Source: a virus (taxonomy: Duplodnaviria; Caudoviricetes). From it: DNA of 40,808 nucleotides. How positions within the stretch are numbered: the stretch's first letter is position 1; the number at the start of each line of letters is the position of its first letter. The translations under genes were made by a program, and so were the position numbers. Below are positions 17,422 through 26,593 of the stretch, in pieces. Below the pieces are notes generated by a model. The model was not told where the DNA came from. It searched no databases and worked only from the letters and a program-made list of their open reading frames with translations. Where the stretch lies: positions 1 to 40,808 of IMG/VR virus record IMGVR_UViG_3300032322_001668. One strand, written 5' to 3'.

Positions 17422-17628
17422 ATGAAAACCGAGTCCGCCGAACAATCCGTGGTCCGTCGTTCGCCGGACGGGATCACCACGCACGATATGCCGGGAGGGT
17501 GGCGAGTGATCGTCGCTCGTCTCGGAGAGGCGTACCAAGCTTGGTACTACCACGGTAACGACGACCCGAGGATCGCGGCCTCCTGCGAGGATGCCGCCAC
17601 CCGGTGGATGGAAGCGAAGAAGGACTAA
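17422..17628 (+). CDS. early hypothetical protein
   Basis: 68 aa ORF filling the gap in the operon. Confidence 0.6.
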   Translation: MKTESAEQSVVRRSPDGITTHDMPGGWRVIVARLGEAYQAWYYHGNDDPRIAASCEDAATRWMEAKKD

Positions 17629-17651
17629 ACCCCATACCACGGAGGTAAATC

Positions 17652-18038
17652 ATGGGACTGGATATGTTTCTGTGCGGCCGCAAGACGCCGCGCTCCGAGC
17701 CTAAACGCACCGAGGACGGGTTCGAGGTGACGGAAGTCACCATCGAGCTGGGTTACTGGCGCAAGCACCCCGACCTGCACGGATACATCGTGCAGACCTT
17801 CGCGGGCGGCGTTGACGAGTGCCAGAAGATCAACCTGTCGACGGACGATATGCGCGACATCATCCACGCCATCAACGCCGGAGAGCTGCCCCACACTCAA
17901 GGCTTCTTCTTCGGAGAATCCGAGAACACGCCGGATGAACGCGCCGCGGACGTCGCGACATTCGAGCGCGCCATCGCATGGCTGGACGCAGCGCCGCACG
18001 ACGAGTGGCGCGACGTCTACTATCAAGCGAGCTGGTGA
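17652..18038 (+). CDS. conserved phage hypothetical protein
   Basis: MGLDM, YWRKHPDLHG, GFFFGES and YYQASW motifs of a widespread phage family; motif/SD upstream. Confidence 0.8.
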   Translation: MGLDMFLCGRKTPRSEPKRTEDGFEVTEVTIELGYWRKHPDLHGYIVQTFAGGVDECQKINLSTDDMRDIIHAINAGELPHTQGFFFGESENTPDERAADVATFERAIAWLDAAPHDEWRDVYYQASW

Positions 18039-18043
18039 ACCCC

Positions 18044-18361
18044 ATGCGCCAAGAGAGCAAACTCATCGCTACGGCGTTCATCAAGCGCCGCTCCGCCCGC
18101 GCCGCCCGCACCAGCACCGACGGCCGGGTGGTCTACCTCCACGGTAACCCCATCGCATGGTGGGAGGGCGACGTCCTCTGCCTCACACTGGCGAACTGGC
18201 CGACGGTGACGACGCGCGAGCGCCTCAACGCCATCTGCGAGCTGGTGATGGGCAAGCGTCCGTTCCACCAGAGCAACTACGACCAATACTACGACGACGA
18301 ACCGATCTCCGAGCGCGGCATCATCCGCGTCGAGATCATCCCCGTGGCGCGAGCCGCGTAA
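18044..18361 (+). CDS. early hypothetical protein
   Basis: 105 aa; YLHGNPIA...WPTVTTRERLNA motif. Confidence 0.7.
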   Translation: MRQESKLIATAFIKRRSARAARTSTDGRVVYLHGNPIAWWEGDVLCLTLANWPTVTTRERLNAICELVMGKRPFHQSNYDQYYDDEPISERGIIRVEIIPVARAA

Positions 18362-18377
18362 TACCTCGGAGGTAACG

Positions 18378-18422
18378 ATGATCCCACGCACGGATATGCC
18401 GCGCCCCCACGACTTACCCTGA
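18378..18422 (+). CDS. possible 14-aa mini-ORF
   Basis: MIPRTDMPRPHDLP with GGAGG SD inside the motif at 18362; lies between two motif copies. Confidence 0.3.
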   Translation: MIPRTDMPRPHDLP

Positions 18423-18445
18423 CCCCCTACCACAGAGGTAACACC

Positions 18446-18907
18446 ATGAAACTCGACCCCTACATTCTGAGCATCAACGTCAACCGCTTGCGCGCCGAGC
18501 ACGGGTGGAGCATGCGCGAACTCGCCTCGATGGCGAGCGTCAATCGCAATACGCTCAGCATGATCAATCAAGCGAAGCTCGACAGTCCGCGCATCAGCAC
18601 GCTCAAGCGCATCGCCGCCGCGTTCAACGTGGATGTGAGCGATCTTCTCAAGAGGTATCGCGCACCGGTCATCACTCGCCCGGCACCCACGCCGCCGGCG
18701 TTCAGCACGCCCGAGGCCGAAGCGCCCCTCATCGACACGCCCGCCATGCTCGACGTCACGCCCGTCCGCGTGCCGCCCCGCGCCGGCCGGTCCTCCATCG
18801 AGGTGGCGTGCGACATCATCAAGGATCTGCTGCTGTTCGGATCGGACGACGTAGACGTCGCGCGGCGCGCACGGTCCTTCCTGCGCGCGCATCGTGGCGG
18901 CTCGTGA
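18446..18907 (+). CDS. XRE/Cro-C1-type HTH transcriptional regulator
   Basis: NVNRLRAEHGWSMRELASMASVNRNTLSMI....SPRISTLKRIAAAFNVDVSDLL; Pro-rich linker; no peptidase domain. Confidence 0.88.
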   Translation: MKLDPYILSINVNRLRAEHGWSMRELASMASVNRNTLSMINQAKLDSPRISTLKRIAAAFNVDVSDLLKRYRAPVITRPAPTPPAFSTPEAEAPLIDTPAMLDVTPVRVPPRAGRSSIEVACDIIKDLLLFGSDDVDVARRARSFLRAHRGGS

Positions 18908-18955
18908 GCCTACCACAAAAGTAAAATCGCAAGACAGCATAGGAATAAGTTCCTA

Positions 18956-18983
18956 TTGACAGGGGCTTATACTATGCTATACT
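18956..18983 (+). promoter_or_regulatory. putative sigma70 promoter
   Basis: TTGACA-16 bp-TATACT with extended TG; inverted repeat ATAGGAA-TAAG-TTCCTAT overlaps the -35 edge. Confidence 0.65.
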
Positions 18984-19015
18984 TGCACGTTACTTCCCCT
19001 ACCACCGAGGTAACC

Positions 19016-19366
19016 ATGCATACCGAAACCGAATACAAAGAAGATCACGCAGTCAGGGTACTGCGATCTTGTCTGTACGTCAACCTGCGCGTCGCGCTGC
19101 GCACGCTCGTGCTTCGCGTCCACGCCGAGGACATCACCGCCGACATGACGACCAATGTGCGCGCCACGATGGCGGATCTCTACGCGTTGTCGCCCATCGA
19201 TGACCTTACCTCGGAGGTGATGAACCGCCTCGCCTCGCTCGTGTCGATGGACCCCTTGATCCTCGTCGGGCGGCGCGATCTTCAGAACGCAGTCATCGGT
19301 CGCGCCGTCGGTGTGCAGCAGCTCATCGCCGACCGCGCGGCCCCAGCACCGGAGCCTGTCCATTGA
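19016..19366 (+). CDS. hypothetical protein
   Basis: 116 aa; motif/SD 3 nt upstream of ATG 19016. Confidence 0.7.
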   Translation: MHTETEYKEDHAVRVLRSCLYVNLRVALRTLVLRVHAEDITADMTTNVRATMADLYALSPIDDLTSEVMNRLASLVSMDPLILVGRRDLQNAVIGRAVGVQQLIADRAAPAPEPVH

Positions 19367-19578
19367 GTGCCGTGTTCCCCGACGACGCACCCCCGCGCCT
19401 ATGGCGCTTCGTCGAGTCCGCAGCCATGCCGCACCCCGACGTGGTCGCCATGCTCGACAAGAAAAACAACGTGCTGCGCGTCAACCGCGATCTGTTCGAC
19501 ACGCTCGACCGTGATCAGCAGAAGCGCGTGATGCGCACGCACTTCGCCATCATCGAACTCGACGCCATCCCCACCTGA
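19363..19578 (+). CDS. hypothetical protein
   Basis: 71 aa; TTG start overlaps the upstream stop; GGAG SD. Confidence 0.6.
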   Translation: MSAVFPDDAPPRLWRFVESAAMPHPDVVAMLDKKNNVLRVNRDLFDTLDRDQQKRVMRTHFAIIELDAIPT

Positions 19579-19617
19579 CGCCCCACCACGGCGTTCCCCT
19601 ACCACAGAGGTAAGACC

Positions 19618-20700
19618 ATGCACTTCACCGCCCTCGCCGCCGAGGCTCCTTCGCTTGTGCGCTCCGGCATCTCCATCGAACTCGTCTCCGCCCCCGGCCG
19701 AGGCAAGTCCCAGTTCGTCCGCCAACTCTACGAGCAGCTCGCTCGTGAGGAGCCGGGCGATTGGGGCTATGCCGAGCTGTTCCTCGCCACGCAGACACCG
19801 CCCGACCTCATCGGTTATCAGTTCAAGGGTGAGGTGGAGTACGACGGCAAGTCCTTCGCCGTCACCGACCCCACCATGCCGAGCTGGTTCATGTGCGAGG
19901 ACGGTCGCCCGGTCTTCGCTTACCCCAGAGGTATTCTGTTCCTCGACGAGTTCGGCCAAGGACAGACCGACGTCAAGGCCGCAGCCGCTGAGCTGATCCT
20001 CAACAAGCGGCTGGGCAAGTGGCGTCTCCCTGACGGGTGGATCGTCATCGCCGCGAGCAATCGCTCCTCCGACCGCTCCGGCGTCACCAAGTCGCTCGAC
20101 TTCGTGATCAACCGCCGCATGGAGATCCACGTCACCGACGATCTGGCGTCGTGGGAGGACTGGGCGAACAAGTACGGCGTGCATCCCGACATCGTCACCT
20201 TCGCCATGCAGAACCCCGAGATCGTGTTCTCGGACGGCGTGCCGGAGAAGCAAGGCCCGTGGTGCACGCCGCGCTCGCTCGTGCTCGCCGAGAAGATGCT
20301 GCGCGCGATCTCGCCCGGCATGGACCTGCGCACCGATCCGAGCGCGCTTGAGTTGACTGCGGGGCTCATCGGCGAGGCGGCAGCCGCGCAGCTCATGGCG
20401 AACCTCAAGCTCGCCGCAGACATGCCGTCCTACGACGAGATCGTGCGCGCCCCCGACGCTACGCCCGTGCCCGACAAGCCTGACGTGCAGATGCTCATCG
20501 CCTACCGCCTCGCCGCCATGGTGCAGGAGAAGGATCTGCAGCCCGTCATCACCTATGTCGGACGCATGGGCATGGAGATGGGGATGCTCTTCGCCAAGGC
20601 GACGACCAAGCGCAAGCCGCTGATGATCAACGCCAAGCCTTTCATGACGTGGTGCATGCAGAACAGCACCATCATGGCCGCCATCGGCAAGCTCAACTAA
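19618..20700 (+). CDS. MoxR-like AAA+ ATPase
   Basis: Walker A APGRGKS, Walker B ILFLDE, sensor AASNR, arginine-finger INRR and TPRS motif. Confidence 0.88.
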   Translation: MHFTALAAEAPSLVRSGISIELVSAPGRGKSQFVRQLYEQLAREEPGDWGYAELFLATQTPPDLIGYQFKGEVEYDGKSFAVTDPTMPSWFMCEDGRPVFAYPRGILFLDEFGQGQTDVKAAAAELILNKRLGKWRLPDGWIVIAASNRSSDRSGVTKSLDFVINRRMEIHVTDDLASWEDWANKYGVHPDIVTFAMQNPEIVFSDGVPEKQGPWCTPRSLVLAEKMLRAISPGMDLRTDPSALELTAGLIGEAAAAQLMANLKLAADMPSYDEIVRAPDATPVPDKPDVQMLIAYRLAAMVQEKDLQPVITYVGRMGMEMGMLFAKATTKRKPLMINAKPFMTWCMQNSTIMAAIGKLN

Positions 20701-20787
20701 GGCGGCCCCCACGCCGAGCTTGCCGAGGGGGAGGCGTAAACACCGACCGCCTCCCCCGCCCGCTTCCCCTACCGCAGAGGTAACCCC

Positions 20788-20994
20788 ATGGCGAAACGCC
20801 GCCGCACCATCACACTCGAACTGAAGGCTGAACTCGACGACGAGCAGTACGCCGCCATCAAGCTGGCGGCGCAGACCGTCGCCTCGATGTTCCTGACCCA
20901 AGCCACGCTGCTGGCCGACAAGCGCCCGCAGATCTTCCTGCACGGCGAGGACTTCGCCCACACCGAGACGATCCCCGTGATCATGGAGGACTGA
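20788..20994 (+). CDS. hypothetical protein between the AAA+ and vWA genes
   Basis: 68 aa; motif/SD 5 nt upstream. Confidence 0.7.
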   Translation: MAKRRRTITLELKAELDDEQYAAIKLAAQTVASMFLTQATLLADKRPQIFLHGEDFAHTETIPVIMED

Positions 20995-20996
20995 CC

Positions 20997-22304
20997 ATGA
21001 GCCTCGACTTCGACACGCTCAAGACCCTGCCGAAGGCGCTCGCCGGCGGCGACTACCCCCCGGTGGCGCTGACCTCCGAGCAGACGCGCATGTGGGCGGA
21101 GACGCGCGCCGCGCTCCTGTGGAACTGCCCTGCCTTCTCCCACATCCTCTACTCGATGATGAGCCACGGCGACGCGTCGGCTACGTTTACCTCTGCGGTA
21201 CCCATCGCAGCCACCGACGGCGAGCGGCTCATCCTCAACCCCGAGACGTTCTTCAAGTACAAGTTGCCCGAGCGCGTCTTCATCGTGGCGCACGAGATCA
21301 TGCACTGTATCCTCGACCATTGCGGTCAGATGCACCTGCACCAGACGCGCGGGCGCGTGCCGCTGCCGAGCGGCAAGTCCGTCGCCTACGACCACCAGAC
21401 CATGAACGTCGCGCAGGATCTGGTGATCAACGACATGCTCATCACGTCCAAGGTGGGGCAGTTCAACTCCGACTGGATGCACGACACGCAGACGGCGACA
21501 GCCAAGTCGAGCGTCATCGACGCCTACGCCAAGCTCTACCGCGAAGGTAACTCAGGCAAGGGCGGCGGTGACGGCCCCGCCCAGCACAAGGGCAAGAGCG
21601 GCTTCGACCAGCACCTCAAGCCCGGCTCAGGCTCCGGCAAAGACCCGACGCAGGCGCAGCAGCAGCGCAACGACATGGCGTGGCAGTCCGCCGTCGCCGC
21701 CGGCATGGCCGCCGCCAAGGCGCAGGGCAAGTTGCCCGCCGACATGGAGGCGTTCTTCCAAGACATCCTGCAGCCGAAGGTCGACTGGACCGACAAGATC
21801 AAGGGGTTGTTCGCCCGCAAGGTGGGGTCCGGCTCTTACGACTGGCGTCGCCCCGACCGCCGCCTCATCGTGCGCGACATCTATGCGCCCGGCCGCTCCG
21901 GCCACAATGCCGGGCTGGTGGTCATCGCCGTCGACACGTCGGGGTCCATCGGGCAGCAGGCGCTCGACACGTTCTTCGCCGAGATGCGCGGCATCTTGGA
22001 GGACGTTCGCCCCAAGCGCACGCTCGTCATGTGGTGCGACGCGCAGGTGCACGGCGTCGACGAGATCGAGGACTTCGCCGACATCGGCAAGCTCAAGCCC
22101 AAGGGCCGTGGCGGCACCGACTTCCGTCCCGTCTTCGAGCGCATCGCGCAGGAGGGCTGGGAGCCCGACGCTCTCGTCTATCTCACCGACCTCATGGGTC
22201 CGTTCCCTGAGCGCGAGCCTACCTACCCCGTCATCTGGGGCCGCACCGAGCCGCGCGTGGCGATCCCGTTCGGCGACGTCGTCGATGTCCCCATCAAGTA
22301 CTGA
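20997..22304 (+). CDS. metallopeptidase-like plus vWA domain protein (DUF2201-type)
   Basis: AATDG, HExxH (HEIMH), MIDAS DTSGS, GGTDFRPVF and YLTD motifs. Confidence 0.88.
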   Translation: MSLDFDTLKTLPKALAGGDYPPVALTSEQTRMWAETRAALLWNCPAFSHILYSMMSHGDASATFTSAVPIAATDGERLILNPETFFKYKLPERVFIVAHEIMHCILDHCGQMHLHQTRGRVPLPSGKSVAYDHQTMNVAQDLVINDMLITSKVGQFNSDWMHDTQTATAKSSVIDAYAKLYREGNSGKGGGDGPAQHKGKSGFDQHLKPGSGSGKDPTQAQQQRNDMAWQSAVAAGMAAAKAQGKLPADMEAFFQDILQPKVDWTDKIKGLFARKVGSGSYDWRRPDRRLIVRDIYAPGRSGHNAGLVVIAVDTSGSIGQQALDTFFAEMRGILEDVRPKRTLVMWCDAQVHGVDEIEDFADIGKLKPKGRGGTDFRPVFERIAQEGWEPDALVYLTDLMGPFPEREPTYPVIWGRTEPRVAIPFGDVVDVPIKY

Positions 22305-22321
22305 TACCTTGGAGGTAAACC

Positions 22322-23053
22322 ATGGCGAGTAAAGCCCCCCGAGCGCATCAATCCGCTGCGATCAGTTTGTTCTGTGATCGGATGCGCGACAATATGCTGT
22401 CGCATCTCAAGTTGCGCATCGATGAAGACGACATCTTCAATCTTCTGGTGAAGCCCGAGCATCGCGAGCTGATGCGCGCCGCATCGGAGGTCATGGAGGA
22501 GCGTTCATGGAACGTGGACGCGTCCGTCGGCTCGCTGATCGACTACAAGTTCGAGAACCCGCCGCTCATCTACTTCAAGCCCAACGGCTACTACTCCTTC
22601 AGGCGGCTCTACCCGAATTACACGTCCTCGACCGGACGACAATTCACGCTCGACGCCGTGACGGCTGAGATCTACAACGAGCTTCAAGCCGTCGTCTCGC
22701 AGGAGATCGAGATCCGAGCGGAGTTCCTACGCTTGCGTCACTTCTTGTTCGGACTGATGACGGCGTGCAAGGACGAGCCGAAATATGCACGCTATCATCT
22801 GCCGGGCTACGTGACGGTGCTTGGCGTTTACCCGCAGTCTGCGCCCATCGCCGAAGGTATTCGTGAGTTCGTCTATGAGCGCCACGCTCCCCCACTGCCG
22901 CCGCCTCTGCGTGATCTCTGCAGTTGGGCCGACGGCCTGATCGCCCGAGCGACGCTCATCGAGAAGGCGGCCGAGTCCCGGTTCACGGGCGGAGTCCGCT
23001 ACGAGCTGTCGGATTTGAGGATCACGTTTGATGAAGGAACGATCTCTGAATGA
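22322..23053 (+). CDS. hypothetical protein
   Basis: 243 aa; motif/SD 4 nt upstream; somewhat atypical codon usage. Confidence 0.75.
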   Translation: MASKAPRAHQSAAISLFCDRMRDNMLSHLKLRIDEDDIFNLLVKPEHRELMRAASEVMEERSWNVDASVGSLIDYKFENPPLIYFKPNGYYSFRRLYPNYTSSTGRQFTLDAVTAEIYNELQAVVSQEIEIRAEFLRLRHFLFGLMTACKDEPKYARYHLPGYVTVLGVYPQSAPIAEGIREFVYERHAPPLPPPLRDLCSWADGLIARATLIEKAAESRFTGGVRYELSDLRITFDEGTISE

Positions 23054-23183
23054 GTTGGGGCGGCCCCCCACCACGGGTGCCGCCCCCGATCTCCCCTACC
23101 AAGAGAGATAACCCCCGAAAGGGTCATGCCTAGAAATAAACCTAGTGCCCCCGCCGGTCAAGGATACAAGATATAGGGTCGCC

Positions 23184-25040
23184 ATGAAGATCATCGCCGT
23201 CGACGTCGAGACTTACTACGACAATGATTACAGTTTGCGTCGGATGACGGTGCCCGAGTATGTGCTTGACCCCCGATTCGAATGTATCGGCTGGGCGGTC
23301 TACGATCCGTCCACAGGGAAGAAGTGGTACGACCACGGCCAGTTCGAAGATTACCTCAGAAGTAATACTGGCCCCTGCGCCATGATTTCTCACAACGCTC
23401 TGTTCGACATGAGCGTGATGGCGTGGCGGTTCGGCTATGTCCCCACCATGATGATCGACACGCTGGGGATGGCGCGAGCCATGCTCGCAGCCGACCTCAA
23501 GTCGCTCTCGCTCGCCAACGTGGCGATGCACCTTGGTCTCGGAGCCAAGGGCGACACGGTGCACAAGGTCGTGGGCATGGGAGCCGCCGCCATCCGGCAA
23601 GCGGGGATTTACAACGAGTACGCCGCGTACTCCATGAACGACGCCGAGCTGGCCTATCGCATCTTCGAAAAGCTCATGGCGCAAGGTTTCCCGCAGCAGG
23701 AGCTTCTGGTGCTCGACACGGTGCTGCGCTGCGCGGTGAAGCCGAGGCTCATGCTGGATCAAGCCGTGCTGGCCGAGCATCTTCACATGGTGCGCGAGAG
23801 TAAGAAGGATCTTCTCGACCGCTGCGGGCTCGCCGACCGCGACGCGCTGATGTCGAACGACAAGTTCGCCGAGGCGCTGCGCCGGCTGGGCGTGGAGCCG
23901 CCCACCAAGACCTCACTGACGACGGGGCGCGAGACCTACGCCTTCGCCAAGACGGACCCCGCCTTCATCGAGCTGGAAGAACACGAGGACGCAGACGTGC
24001 AGGCGCTGGTCGCCGCGCGCATGGGTCTGAAGTCCACCATCGAGGAAACGCGCACCGAGCGCTTCATGTCGATCTCGCGCCTACAGTGGCGGGAGGGCGA
24101 GCGGTGGATGCCTATACCTCTGAGGTATTCCGGCGCGCACACGCACCGCCTGTCGGGCGACTGGAAGCTGAACCTGCAGAACCTTCCGCGCGGCGGCCGG
24201 CTGCGCAAGGCGCTGACCGCCCCTCCCGGTCACAAGGTGGTGGCGGCGGACGCCAGCCAGATCGAGGCGCGCATCGTGGCGTGGTTCTCCGGTCAGACGG
24301 ACCTCGTCGAGCAATTTGCGCGGGGCGAGGACGTCTACTCGTCGTTCGCCTCGAAGGTATTCGGCTACGCCGTCAACAAGAAGCAGCACCCCGCCGAGCG
24401 CTTCATCGGTAAGACCGCGATCCTCGGGCTGGGCTACGGCCTCGGATGGGTGAAGTTCCAGAAAACCGTCAAGCTGCAGTCCAAGGCGCAGACGGGCAAG
24501 CTCATCGACCTGTCGGACGCGGAGGCGCAGCGCATCGTCACGACCTATCGCACCGCCTACTTCAAGATCCCCGAAATGTGGCAGCGACTCAACGGGCTGA
24601 TTCCGGCTCTTGCGCGTGGCGATGAGGCGCATCTCATTGCACCGGTCATCACCGGGGCGCAGGAAATCACGCTGCCGTCGGGCCTCAAGCTGTTCTACCG
24701 GAACCTCCGGCATGAGAACAACGAGTGGACGTTCGACTACGGCGGCAAGCCGAAGAGGCTCTACGGCGGGAAGCTCCTCGAAAACATCGTGCAGGCGCTC
24801 GCCCGCATCTGCGTCATGGACGCGGCGGTGCGGACGCGCAAGGCGCTCGCCAAGGTGACGGATGACGTCGACCTCGCCATGCAAGTCCATGACGAGTTGG
24901 TCTACGTGGTGCCCGACGACCTCGCCGACTTCGTGCTCAAGCTGCTGCTCAAGGAGATGGCGGTCCGGCCGTCATGGGCGCATGACCTCCCTCTCGTGGC
25001 GGAAGGCGACGTTGGCGTGAATTACGGCGAAGTGAAATGA
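23184..25040 (+). CDS. polA: family A DNA polymerase with 3'-5' exonuclease
   Basis: Exo I DVET, Exo II HNALFD, NLQNLP, motif A DASQIEAR, motif B R..GKTAILGLGYG, motif C VHDE. Confidence 0.95.
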   Translation: MKIIAVDVETYYDNDYSLRRMTVPEYVLDPRFECIGWAVYDPSTGKKWYDHGQFEDYLRSNTGPCAMISHNALFDMSVMAWRFGYVPTMMIDTLGMARAMLAADLKSLSLANVAMHLGLGAKGDTVHKVVGMGAAAIRQAGIYNEYAAYSMNDAELAYRIFEKLMAQGFPQQELLVLDTVLRCAVKPRLMLDQAVLAEHLHMVRESKKDLLDRCGLADRDALMSNDKFAEALRRLGVEPPTKTSLTTGRETYAFAKTDPAFIELEEHEDADVQALVAARMGLKSTIEETRTERFMSISRLQWREGERWMPIPLRYSGAHTHRLSGDWKLNLQNLPRGGRLRKALTAPPGHKVVAADASQIEARIVAWFSGQTDLVEQFARGEDVYSSFASKVFGYAVNKKQHPAERFIGKTAILGLGYGLGWVKFQKTVKLQSKAQTGKLIDLSDAEAQRIVTTYRTAYFKIPEMWQRLNGLIPALARGDEAHLIAPVITGAQEITLPSGLKLFYRNLRHENNEWTFDYGGKPKRLYGGKLLENIVQALARICVMDAAVRTRKALAKVTDDVDLAMQVHDELVYVVPDDLADFVLKLLLKEMAVRPSWAHDLPLVAEGDVGVNYGEVK

Positions 25041-25125
25041 ACTGTCGCGAAACGTCCACGAATTGCTCTCATTTGCTGCGAAACTTGACCTCTGTGAATC
25101 ATGGGGTCAGGTAACACCAAAGCGA

Positions 25126-25153
25126 TTGACTACCTCTGCGGTAATCTTAAGAT
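25126..25153 (+). promoter_or_regulatory. putative sigma70 promoter with a TACC-N5-GGTA site in its spacer
   Basis: TTGACT-16 bp-TAAGAT; TACCTCTGCGGTA at 25131-25143 fills the spacer. Confidence 0.6.
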
Positions 25154-25223
25154 GGTCGGATCGTCGTCGTACGGCGGTCAGGCCCACCACGCCGGTTCTT
25201 CCCTACTAAAATCGAGAAACCCC

Positions 25224-25517
25224 ATGCGCCAGCATTATACGCTGCAGATTATATACCAACTGCCGACGGCGCTCGCCCGGCTGTTGCTGCTCCTCATCGA
25301 GAAGCCCATCGTCACAGCCGTCGAGATCGAGCACGAACACCAGATCGCCACTCAGGCGAGCGTGGCGATCCATCGGCTGCGCCGGCGCATCGCGCCCTAC
25401 AAGATCGAAGTGAAGAGTCAGAAGTCGCTCGGCTACTTCATCGATCACGAGACGAAGATCGCTGTCATCGACCAGATGAAGCGCATCGATGTCGTGATGC
25501 CGCCTCGCGCGGCCTGA
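25224..25517 (+). CDS. stand-alone OmpR/PhoB-type winged-HTH protein
   Basis: V.IHRLRRRI....IEV.S.KSLGY resembles the V.I.RLR.KL...I.TVRG.GY wing of OmpR-family effector domains; no receiver domain. Confidence 0.65.
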   Translation: MRQHYTLQIIYQLPTALARLLLLLIEKPIVTAVEIEHEHQIATQASVAIHRLRRRIAPYKIEVKSQKSLGYFIDHETKIAVIDQMKRIDVVMPPRAA

Positions 25518-25551
25518 TCAAACACTTACCCCACAGGTATTCAGGTCATCC

Positions 25552-25809
25552 ATGTCGTCCGGTAAAAGCGTTCCGTCGTCCCAGAAATCCATGAAGAAGT
25601 ACCTTGCCGAGCTGGAGGAACGAGCCACAAAGCTCTGCGCGCAAGGCGACATGAAAGCCTGCTGCCAATTGCATCTCCTCGACTTGAAGAGGGCGGGGCA
25701 CTCACCACTGAAGACGGAGTTGGTGATCCCGCCCTCTCTTGAGGTCAGCGCCATCAGCGCTCCGTCGAAGCATCACCAATCATACGCATCGTCCAGTCTG
25801 GCGTGGTGA
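25552..25809 (+). CDS. hypothetical protein
   Basis: 85 aa ORF in operon order. Confidence 0.5.
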   Translation: MSSGKSVPSSQKSMKKYLAELEERATKLCAQGDMKACCQLHLLDLKRAGHSPLKTELVIPPSLEVSAISAPSKHHQSYASSSLAW

Positions 25810-25837
25810 AGGTGCGGAGCGTACCTCAGAGGTAAAC

Positions 25838-26518
25838 ATGACGGTCACGACCTACAACAAACCCAAAGCCTTCGCGTGGAGTTACTCGAAGCTCAAGAAC
25901 TATGAGAGCTGCCCGAAGCGCCACTGGCACATCGACATCAAGAAAGACGTCAAGGAGGAAGAAAGTGAGCACCTCCGATACGGCAATCTTCTTCACGAAG
26001 CTCTGGCTAAGAGCATCGGCTCTGGCGAAGCGCTCCCTCCGGCGTTCAAGCATCTTGAACCGTGGGTGGAGAAACTCTCCGGCGGTGCGGGTGTCACTCT
26101 GGTCGAGCAGAAGTATGCCATTCGCAGTGACTTCTCGGCGACCGAGTTCTTCGCTCGTGATGCGTGGTTCCGCGGCATCGGCGATGTCGTCAAGATCGCC
26201 GGACCCGTCGGGCTCATCCTCGACTGGAAGACGGGTAAGATCGTAGAGGACTCCGTCCAGCTCGCCCTTATGGCGCAGTGCGTGTTCGCGCACTTCCCCG
26301 ACGTGCAGAAGGTCCGCACCGAGTTCGTTTGGCTGAAGGAGGACGCCACAACGCGCGCCGACTTCTCGCGTGACGATATGCGTTCGCTGTGGGCGTCTCT
26401 GCTGCCGCGCGTGCGGATGTTGGAGGACGCGCACAACGGGCAGAACTACCCGCCCAAGCCCGGCCCCCTGTGCCGCCGCTGGTGCCCGGTGACGGCGTGT
26501 CCCCATCATGGCTCTTGA
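25838..26518 (+). CDS. PD-(D/E)XK Cas4/RecB-like exonuclease
   Basis: SYSKL..YESCP, G...H, G.GD, DWKTGK and QL motifs, plus C-terminal CRRWC...C cysteines. Confidence 0.88.
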   Translation: MTVTTYNKPKAFAWSYSKLKNYESCPKRHWHIDIKKDVKEEESEHLRYGNLLHEALAKSIGSGEALPPAFKHLEPWVEKLSGGAGVTLVEQKYAIRSDFSATEFFARDAWFRGIGDVVKIAGPVGLILDWKTGKIVEDSVQLALMAQCVFAHFPDVQKVRTEFVWLKEDATTRADFSRDDMRSLWASLLPRVRMLEDAHNGQNYPPKPGPLCRRWCPVTACPHHGS

Positions 26519-26593
26519 GCGTTTACCTCAGAAGTAAACAAGTATTCGTCTTGTTCTCAGGAAGTATTCGCTGATATTTCAGCGACTTACCCC

